A program made the position numbers and the translations under genes. From the NCBI GenBank assembly GCA_039799785.1, contig JBDLRZ010000078.1:2973-66972 (forward strand): a stretch of DNA of 64,000 bases, read 5' to 3'. Under the pieces are notes generated by a model, which saw nothing but the letters and a program-made list of their open reading frames with translations, made no database searches and had not been told where the DNA came from. This DNA is from Bacillota bacterium. GTDB lineage: Bacteria; Bacillota_I; Bacilli_A; RFN20; CAG-826. Of this stretch, positions 57,323-64,000 are shown piece by piece. The first letter of the stretch is position 1; each line of letters begins with the position of its first letter.

Positions 57323-58111
57323 TTAAATATTTTTTACAAACGTTTTCTTAAGAGTGTCAAAGTAAGGATGTTGTTGTTGGTGATAAAGTCGAAATGACTT
57401 TTTACTCAATTTCACTTTCACTTTTTCAATCACTTCTTCTTGATTCACTAAAAGATAATCGTAGCCAAAAATAGCTTTTTTAAAGTCACCTTTAAAGGTG
57501 ATAACTCGCTTAGAATCTAAGACAAGAGAACTTCCTAAAGATCGATAGGCGTTATTTTGAATCGTTGCCATTTCAGTTAGTTGTAAACTCGGTGTTGAAA
57601 CATCGACCAATGCACCGCCTAAGCTTTTATTATATGCGCTACTTCCTAAGGTACTGGCAACGATCAATCCAGTTCCTCTAAAGGTTTGTAATGGTTGATC
57701 ATCTATCAAAACATCGGTGACAAAGGTATGAAAAGGATTTTCAACCCTAACCTCATTAACGGCAAAATATGTGGTTGTCTTTTTACCAACAAGCGAAATT
57801 TCCACCAATGGATACGCTACACTTTGACGTCGCATAAGGGGTATCGATTTCACTAAAAGATCAAGTTGTTCGGGATAAAATTCACAGAAAAAACCAAGTG
57901 TTCCGGTATGAATTCCAACAAAGATAACTTGGTCTAATATCGAAAGATAAGTTTGAATTGATCTTAAAAAAGAACCATCCCCACCGATAAAAATGACAAG
58001 TTCTGGTTTTTGACGATCTTGAGAATGTCCAGCAGTATGAAGTTTAACTTCTAATTTCTTGGCAATCAATTTAGATTGATCGTCTTCTCTCACCATGAAT
58101 GTATATTTCAT
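57323..58111 (-). CDS. nadK: NAD kinase
   Basis: GGDGSFL and NE..VE motifs; 262 aa. Confidence 0.9.
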   Translation of the reverse strand: MKYTFMVREDDQSKLIAKKLEVKLHTAGHSQDRQKPELVIFIGGDGSFLRSIQTYLSILDQVIFVGIHTGTLGFFCEFYPEQLDLLVKSIPLMRRQSVAYPLVEISLVGKKTTTYFAVNEVRVENPFHTFVTDVLIDDQPLQTFRGTGLIVASTLGSSAYNKSLGGALVDVSTPSLQLTEMATIQNNAYRSLGSSLVLDSKRVITFKGDFKKAIFGYDYLLVNQEEVIEKVKVKLSKKSFRLYHQQQHPYFDTLKKTFVKNI

Positions 58112-58180
58112 ATTCTTTTGGTATATTCTTGATATTTATTTTATCATATAAAAGAAGACATCTATAAATGAGGAACCCTT

Positions 58181-58756
58181 ATGTCAACAAACATTGAAAT
58201 TGAAGCAAAAATATTAGTAAATGAAAAGGAATTTAATCAATTAAAGTCATTACTTCACATCGACGAAAAGATGAAGGTTACACAGACTAATTATTATGTG
58301 GATGATCAAAAAGGTTCTTTAAGAGGTTATGGTTTTGCTCTCCGAATTAGAGAACTTGGACAAACGTATACGTTAACTTTGAAATCTCCGATGGCCGAAG
58401 GCACACTTGAGAAGAACCAACAAATTACGCGTGAAGCATATCAAGCTTTGCAGGTCAAATCAATTTTTCCTTCGGGATTGATAAAGGATTTTTTAGAAAT
58501 GTTTGGTTTTGATACAAAAACTTTAAGAATTATTACCCAATTAACGACAGATCGCTATGAAACGACTTTCGAAGGGCGCCATGTCTCCTTGGATAAAAAT
58601 CAATATCATGGTCTCGTTGATTTTGAAATTGAAAGTGAAGAATCTTCTTTAAAAAATGCTGCAGAAACACTCAAATTATTGTGCGAAAAAGCAAATATCA
58701 TTTACAAAGCAAATCATATTTCAAAATACGCTAGAGCAATCAAAACTTTAAAATAA
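58181..58756 (+). CDS. CYTH-domain triphosphatase-like protein (YjbK-like)
   Basis: N-terminal EIEAKILV (ExExK) CYTH signature; 191 aa; synteny with nadK as in the B. subtilis yjbK..ppnK region. Confidence 0.8.
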   Translation: MSTNIEIEAKILVNEKEFNQLKSLLHIDEKMKVTQTNYYVDDQKGSLRGYGFALRIRELGQTYTLTLKSPMAEGTLEKNQQITREAYQALQVKSIFPSGLIKDFLEMFGFDTKTLRIITQLTTDRYETTFEGRHVSLDKNQYHGLVDFEIESEESSLKNAAETLKLLCEKANIIYKANHISKYARAIKTLK

Positions 58757-58761
58757 TCTAT

Positions 58762-59193
58762 TTACTTTTCAGTAGAATCAACATCAACGGTCTTTTTTTT
58801 TAATGGATTGATTGTTTTTTCCTTGAAAGAGGATTGTCTTTTTGAAACAGGAATAAATGTACGGATTTCTTCTTCGTTGTAACCAACTTGGATTCGGCGA
58901 TCATCAACCATAATAGGTCTCTTCAAAACTGAAGGATTTTCTCGAATAAACACAACTAATTGTGAAATAGACATATTTTCTACATCTAGATTTTGTTCTT
59001 TGATAACTTTACTTCTTGTTGAAATAATATCTTCAGTTCCATTTTCAGATTTTTCTAACATTTCTTTTAACTCGGATTCATTTAAAGTAGCCGAAAAAAT
59101 ATTACGTTCCTCAAATGGAATTTCCTGCATTTCAAACCATTTTTTAACTTTCCTACAACTTGAACAGCTAGGAGAAGTATAAATTCTAACCAT
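58762..59193 (-). CDS. spx: Spx-family (ArsC-fold) redox-responsive transcriptional regulator, with a C-terminal extension of about 12 aa
   Basis: MVRIYTSPSCSSCRKVKKWFEMQEIPFEERNIFS...GTEDIISTRSKV...LKRPIMVDDRRIQVGYNEEEIRTF is near-collinear with B. subtilis Spx including the CxxC redox switch and the RPI..D..R motif; 143 aa. Confidence 0.88.
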   Translation of the reverse strand: MVRIYTSPSCSSCRKVKKWFEMQEIPFEERNIFSATLNESELKEMLEKSENGTEDIISTRSKVIKEQNLDVENMSISQLVVFIRENPSVLKRPIMVDDRRIQVGYNEEEIRTFIPVSKRQSSFKEKTINPLKKKTVDVDSTEK

Positions 59194-59304
59194 CTTTTAA
59201 ACCTAAATAAAGTATACCCCTTTGGGTACTATTTTCCTAATGATTATCGAAACTTTACAAAGGATTTGCTAAAATGATTTGAAAAGAGAAAAATTAGATT
59301 CATT

Positions 59305-60282
59305 ATGGCAAGAATGATTAGTGGAATTAAACCAACAGGTGGACTTACCTTAGGCAATTATATTGGTGCACTTAAACGCTTCCCAAGTTTTCAAAACCAA
59401 TTTCAAACATTCTTATTTATTGCAGATTTACATGCATTAACATTACCTATTGATCCCCAAACCTTAAAAGAAAATACAATTGATCTTGCAGCTTTTTATC
59501 TCGCTGCTGGCTTAGATCCTAACCTGAGCACCATTTTCTTACAATCACAGGTTTCAGCGCATGCAGAATTAAATGCAATTTTACAGAATTTTGTTTACAT
59601 GGGTGAATTATCGCGCATGACACAATTCAAAGAAAAATCATTACAACTTAAAGAATCAGCAATTGGCTTAGGCTTATTCGCCTATCCAGTATTAATGGCA
59701 AGTGATATTTTACTTTATGATGCTGAAGTGGTTCCTGTAGGTGAGGATCAAGTTCAACATTTAGAACTGACTCGCGATCTCGTCCAACGATTTAACCATC
59801 GTTTTGGAGAGATATTAGTTATGCCAAAAGCTCAACTTGGTACAACGGGCGCTCGGGTGATGTCTTTATCGGATCCTACTAAAAAGATGTCTAAATCAGA
59901 TCCAAAAGGAAACATTGAGCTTAAAGAAGATTTAGCAATGATTCGGAAGAAAATTATGTCAGCAGTTACGGATTCAGAAACTTCCATTCGTTTTGACGAA
60001 AAAGTCAAACCTGGCATCAGTAATTTATTGAGTATTCTTGCTGCATTAACTGATCAGTCCATTGAATCAACCGTTTTAAGTGTTCAAGGATTAAGTTATG
60101 GTTCCTTTAAAGCAAAAGTTGCTGATGTGGTGGTTGAAAAAATTGGCTTATTACAAAAACGTTATCAAGATATTATGGCTTCAGGCCTCGTGAATGATGT
60201 ACTGAATCAAGGAGCAAAGAGAGCTCAAGGTGTCGCAAATGCCACCCTTCAACGCGTTAAGAAAGCGGTTGGTTTATGTTAA
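59305..60282 (+). CDS. trpS: Tryptophanyl-tRNA synthetase
   Basis: N-terminal MISGIKPTGGLTLGNYIGA, KMSKS; 325 aa. Confidence 0.95.
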   Translation: MARMISGIKPTGGLTLGNYIGALKRFPSFQNQFQTFLFIADLHALTLPIDPQTLKENTIDLAAFYLAAGLDPNLSTIFLQSQVSAHAELNAILQNFVYMGELSRMTQFKEKSLQLKESAIGLGLFAYPVLMASDILLYDAEVVPVGEDQVQHLELTRDLVQRFNHRFGEILVMPKAQLGTTGARVMSLSDPTKKMSKSDPKGNIELKEDLAMIRKKIMSAVTDSETSIRFDEKVKPGISNLLSILAALTDQSIESTVLSVQGLSYGSFKAKVADVVVEKIGLLQKRYQDIMASGLVNDVLNQGAKRAQGVANATLQRVKKAVGLC

Positions 60283-61103
60283 TTCCTCGCCATTTAATAG
60301 CATTAGATCTCGATGGTACATTACTCAATAAAGATAAAAAAATCTCAAAAACAACATTAAAGTATCTAAAGCAAATCAAAGACCAACATCTTATTGTTTT
60401 ATCCACAGGTCGTCCTTATCGATCGTTCATTAAGTATTATCAACAGCTAGGTTTAAATACACCGATGGTTTGTTATAACGGTGCATATGTCACCAATCCC
60501 ACTGATCCAACATTTAAAACAACTAGTTTTGCATTTCCCCAAGATGTAGTGAAACAGATATATTTAGACGTTGGTGTTGAACATCTTGATAATGTGATGT
60601 GCGAAACCAATGTCAATATTTGGTTATTAAAGGAAGAGAAGAATCTCGCTTCATTTTTTTGGCACGATAACATGAATATCATTTATGGTCCGCTAGAAAA
60701 AACGTTAAATGAAAATCCAATGACGATGATTATCAAAGTAAAGAAAAGAAATCCAAAACTTGATGCGTTAGTTTTTAAGGCAGTCAAGAAACATTCTGGC
60801 TTAAAAGTTCGCTTTTGGGGTTCTTCTCAATTTTGTGAAATATATTATCAACACATATCAAAAGGTTCTGCTTTATTATCAATATTAAAATATTACGGCA
60901 TATCCAAAAAGTATTTTATGAGTTTTGGTGATGCTGAAAATGATAAAGAAATGTTGCAACTTGCGACCACGAGTTTTGTGATGAAAAATGCTGAATCTCA
61001 CATTAAGAAATACGGTAAGTTTTTAACAAAAAAAGATAATCAACACGATGGAATTATCGATGAGTTACAACGTTACTTTAAACGTTTATCGTCACTTAAG
61101 TAA
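60276..61103 (+). CDS. Cof-type HAD-IIB family hydrolase
   Basis: DLDGTLL motif I, STGRP motif II, GDAENDKEML motif IV; 275 aa. Confidence 0.8.
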   Translation: MLIPRHLIALDLDGTLLNKDKKISKTTLKYLKQIKDQHLIVLSTGRPYRSFIKYYQQLGLNTPMVCYNGAYVTNPTDPTFKTTSFAFPQDVVKQIYLDVGVEHLDNVMCETNVNIWLLKEEKNLASFFWHDNMNIIYGPLEKTLNENPMTMIIKVKKRNPKLDALVFKAVKKHSGLKVRFWGSSQFCEIYYQHISKGSALLSILKYYGISKKYFMSFGDAENDKEMLQLATTSFVMKNAESHIKKYGKFLTKKDNQHDGIIDELQRYFKRLSSLK

Positions 61104-62797
61104 AGCAAAGAAAAGGCATTCAAATATTCATTTAATTTTGTTTGAGCTTCGAGCGCGCTTTTACCATTGATTAAGAAGTAAAATTTACATTTTGGTTCTG
61201 TGCCACTTGGACGAACAACAAGACTTGAACCATCATGGAAGTTAAGTTTAATTACATTAGCCTGCGGTAAAGATATCGTCGAAACTTGTCCCTTATCATC
61301 TTTGGTTGTTTGTGTCAGATAATCCTCGAATAGCACCACCTTGTATTGTTGGAGTGGTTTAAATGGTGTTTGACGAATCCGATTCATTAATTGATTGAGA
61401 AACGTTTCACCTTCAAGGCCCGATAAACTTAATGAATACTGCTTGTCTAAATGGTATCCATATGTCGCATATAGTCGATCAAGAGCTTGCCCTAAATTTT
61501 CCCCATTTAAAAAATAAAAAAGACTCATTTCTGCATAAAGGGTTAAGGCTTGAATTGCATCTTTATCTCTAACGAAATCACCGAGCAAACATCCATAGGA
61601 TTCTTCATAACCAAAGATGAATTGAGGTCCAGCATGGTGTTGATAAAATTCTATTCGATCACCAATAAATTTAAAACCAGTTAAAAAGGTTTCTGTTTTA
61701 ACCTTATAATGCTGAGCAATTTTTCTTCCTAGAGGCGAACTCACAATCGTGTCATAGATGACACCGTTTGAAGGAAGTGTGTGAAGTTTTTGACGTTGGG
61801 ATAAAACGTATTCAATTAACAAAGCAGCAGATTGATTTCCATCTAATAACTGATACTTGCCTTCAAGATCTCGATACGCAAGACCGACGCGATCGGCATC
61901 AGGATCTGCAATCATCACTAATTGAGCTTGAAATTTTTGAGCATATTGAATTGCTTTTTCATAAGCAATTTTTTCTTCTGGATTTGGAGATAATGTTCCG
62001 GAGAAATCTGGATCAGGTTGACTTTGTTCCGTAACAACTTGTAAATCATATCCAAGTGATTGAAATAACGATGGAAGTATACGATAACTAGCACCGTGTT
62101 GAGGAGAAAAAATAATTTTAAATTTTCCTTTGGGTAAGTGGGGTTGAAGCTGTAATGCTTTTACCTTCTTCACATACGTTAATTCAACGTCTTCTTCAAC
62201 AGTTTGAACGATTCCTTTGGGTTCAAATGATGGTATCGATACTTCAAGCGGTTCTGGTAGAGTTGATAAAATACTTAAAAGGTTTTCGATTTTTTGTGGA
62301 ACTAGCTGGCAACCTTGTTCATCATAAACCTTATAACCGTTGTATTCTTTTGGATTATGAGAAGCAGTCAGCATGATGCCGCCCAAGCAATTTAAGTGTC
62401 GCACTGCAAAGGATAATAATGGTGTTGGAATAAGTTCCGAAAAAACAAACGTATGAATACCCATCTGATTAAGGATTTGGGAGGTAAGTTTGGTATAGGA
62501 CGTTGCGTTACGGCGGTTATCATGAGCGATGATAATGCCTCTATGCAATGATGTTGGGTAGAGTTGTCGTAGCATTAAACCATAAGCAACTGTGGCCTTC
62601 GTTAGCGTAAATTCATTAATGCGATTGGTGCCAAGACCCATGATGCCTCGCATACCAGCAGTACCAAATTCGATGTCTTTAAAAAAGGCATCATCAATTT
62701 GTTTCGTATTGAAAGACTTTAATAGTTCTTTTTGAGCATCGCTTAATTTAGGATGATTGAGCCAATGCTGATATTGAGAAAAAGGTGAGACTTTCAT
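61073..62797 (-). CDS. pgcA: Phosphoglucomutase/phosphomannomutase family (PgcA-like alpha-phosphoglucomutase)
   Basis: Active-site TASHNPKEYNGYK, Mg-binding DPDADR; 574 aa. Confidence 0.85.
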   Translation of the reverse strand: MKVSPFSQYQHWLNHPKLSDAQKELLKSFNTKQIDDAFFKDIEFGTAGMRGIMGLGTNRINEFTLTKATVAYGLMLRQLYPTSLHRGIIIAHDNRRNATSYTKLTSQILNQMGIHTFVFSELIPTPLLSFAVRHLNCLGGIMLTASHNPKEYNGYKVYDEQGCQLVPQKIENLLSILSTLPEPLEVSIPSFEPKGIVQTVEEDVELTYVKKVKALQLQPHLPKGKFKIIFSPQHGASYRILPSLFQSLGYDLQVVTEQSQPDPDFSGTLSPNPEEKIAYEKAIQYAQKFQAQLVMIADPDADRVGLAYRDLEGKYQLLDGNQSAALLIEYVLSQRQKLHTLPSNGVIYDTIVSSPLGRKIAQHYKVKTETFLTGFKFIGDRIEFYQHHAGPQFIFGYEESYGCLLGDFVRDKDAIQALTLYAEMSLFYFLNGENLGQALDRLYATYGYHLDKQYSLSLSGLEGETFLNQLMNRIRQTPFKPLQQYKVVLFEDYLTQTTKDDKGQVSTISLPQANVIKLNFHDGSSLVVRPSGTEPKCKFYFLINGKSALEAQTKLNEYLNAFSLLYLSDDKRLK

Positions 62798-63792
62798 GAA
62801 GATAATTTTACCAATAATTCTTCTTCTGTTCTATCTAATTTAATTGTAAAGTTTTGATGAGATAAACCTTTTAAAACACCTGAGATTTCCCCAAAACTTA
62901 ATTCAGTTGCATGTAAAAATTGATGTTCATACCGGTATTGATCCATTAACCATTTATTCGCCTTAAAATCACCATATTTTCGATCACCAGCGATGGGGTG
63001 TTGAATGGCTTGCATATGCACTCTAATTTGGTGCGTTCTTCCTGTAATTAAATGGACTTTAATTAATGTAAAGTTACCATAACTTTTTATCACTTCATAT
63101 TCAGTCAGCGCCGATAATCCTTGTTGATCACGGTTTGCAATAAATACCATTTTTTTGGCGTCATCTTTTACCAGAGGTAAGTCAATTTTACCTTGACCTT
63201 TTAATTGACCGACGACTAAAGCAAGATATTGCTTATTCATATCTTCTTTATCTTTAAATAATCGGTGCAAAGCTTGTAAACCTTCGATGGTTTTTCCATA
63301 TAGAACCAAACCACTTGTATTGCGATCTAAACGATGCCCTGGGGCGGGTGTAAAACCAGGCTCATTAGGTTCAAATTCTCCCTTTGCATAGAGATGCTCA
63401 ATGACCATTTCTGTTAGGGTATGCTGACGGGTATCATCCTCACCTTGGACCAGTAATCCTTTAGGCTTATGAATCATCATACAGTGGGCATCTTCATAAA
63501 CAATCGGTAAATCCAGTAACTTTTTTTGATAGCGGCGATGGACGGTAAAATCTTGTAATTGATTATCATGAACATAGGCTTCAAGAATGTCACCTTCTTT
63601 TAAAATATAGTCGATCGAAATCCTTTTGCCATTAATTTTGACGTCTCTTTTTCGAAATAACTTATAGATAAAGGATAATGGAGCTTCTTTAAGCCACTTT
63701 CGCATAAATTTATCTGCCCGTTGATTGGCGGTTTGAGCGGTAATCGTAATTTGTTTCATCTCCGTTATTTTAACACTTCTTGGTGTTGCCAT
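62794..63792 (-). CDS. RluA/RluD-family pseudouridine synthase with N-terminal S4 domain. True start probably MATPRS at 63792 or MKQ at 63756. The ORF track extends to 63933 through the tRNA-Ser gene.
   Basis: S4-like region ...KFMRKWLKEAPLSF..., catalytic HRLDRNTSGLV motif; the first roughly 37 codons of the ORF-track ORF are antisense to tRNA-Ser(GGA). Confidence 0.8.
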   Translation of the reverse strand: MATPRSVKITEMKQITITAQTANQRADKFMRKWLKEAPLSFIYKLFRKRDVKINGKRISIDYILKEGDILEAYVHDNQLQDFTVHRRYQKKLLDLPIVYEDAHCMMIHKPKGLLVQGEDDTRQHTLTEMVIEHLYAKGEFEPNEPGFTPAPGHRLDRNTSGLVLYGKTIEGLQALHRLFKDKEDMNKQYLALVVGQLKGQGKIDLPLVKDDAKKMVFIANRDQQGLSALTEYEVIKSYGNFTLIKVHLITGRTHQIRVHMQAIQHPIAGDRKYGDFKANKWLMDQYRYEHQFLHATELSFGEISGVLKGLSHQNFTIKLDRTEEELLVKLSS

Positions 63793-63803
63793 TGGGTAAG
63801 TTT

Positions 63804-63812
63804 TGTTATAAT
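63804..63812 (+). promoter_or_regulatory. Extended -10 (TGTTATAAT) promoter for tRNA-Ser(GGA)
   Basis: TGnTATAAT ending about 9 nt upstream of the tRNA 5' end. Confidence 0.35.
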
Positions 63813-63821
63813 CATTATCAC

Positions 63822-63912
63822 GGAGAAATACCCAAGAGGCTGAAGGGGCAGGCTTGGAAAGCTTGTAGGTCCTTAACCGGGCGCGAGGGTTCAAATCCCT
63901 CTTTCTCCGCCA
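63822..63912 (+). tRNA. tRNA-Ser (anticodon GGA), type II
   Basis: GGAGAAATACCCAAGAGGCTGAAGGGGCAGGCTTGGAAAGCTTG...GAGGGTTCAAATCCCTCTTTCTCCGCCA; anticodon stem CAGGC/GCTTG, loop TTGGAAA; long variable arm; CCA encoded. Confidence 0.85.
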
Positions 63913-63931
63913 AATAAAAAAAGTGAATATC

Positions 63932-64000
63932 ATCTTTGCATTATTACTTACCTTATTTGCCGGATTAGCCTCTGGTATTGGGGGATTATTAGCATTCTCA
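63932..64000 (+). CDS. Possible 5' end of a membrane-protein gene (GTG start?) running off the window
   Basis: Open frame VNIIFALLLTLFAGLASGIGGLLAFS... is hydrophobic and TM-like; no clear RBS; too short to classify. Confidence 0.2.
   Translation, partial: MFALLLTLFAGLASGIGGLLAFS

Noticed and set aside
59194-59304. Looked for a T-box leader upstream of trpS (present in Bacillus)
   Set aside because: Only 110 nt are available and no GGUGGNACCGCG-like box is present. A hairpin UACCCCUUUGGGUA at 59208-59235 exists but has no T-box features. It could be a small attenuator but this is unsupported.

Overview
Low-GC (about 35%) bacterial chromosomal segment. It uses the standard genetic code: TGA is a stop, for example the rdgB stop overlaps the next start in ATGA at 39044. 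About 60 densely packed genes, almost all housekeeping (translation, tRNA and rRNA modification, cofactor and nucleotide metabolism). There is strong microsynteny to four Bacillus subtilis regions: ytp (leuS, pepV, trmB, ytoP, ytpR), ylo (rqcH-like, gmk, priA, rsmB, rlmN, prpC, prkC, rsgA, rpe, rpmB), ylb (ylbF-like, rsmD, coaD) and yjb/trpS (spx, trpS, yjbK-CYTH, nadK). This, plus the rpsD, tyrS, ccpA-like block, fits a reduced Bacilli-derived lineage (Erysipelotrichia or Acholeplasma-like Mollicutes); the Ser/Thr kinase homologue has no TM or PASTA region. Four tRNAs: Gly-UCC and Ser-GCU, Ser-CGA, Ser-GGA. No CRISPR, transposase, integrase or recognisable defence genes. The non-housekeeping content is: (1) a 2409-aa cysteine-free acidic protein with an N-terminal polytopic membrane anchor and roughly 630-bp in-frame tandem repeats; (2) two tightly translationally coupled operons flanking eno that encode lipid-type acyltransferases with membrane or zinc-ribbon partners, namely rdgB, an HxxxDG acyltransferase and a zinc-ribbon membrane protein, and a GNAT-like N-acyltransferase candidate, an extended PlsC-family acyltransferase and a GltS-like transporter. 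The second operon is arranged like aminolipid (OlsB/OlsA-type) biosynthesis and is the best candidate for an undescribed system. Also present: (3) two paralogous extracytoplasmic CXXC thioredoxin-fold proteins; (4) a membrane-anchored degenerate EAL/GGDEF-like protein; (5) a CPBP protease plus TraX pair. All functional calls are from motif recognition by eye; no searches were run.
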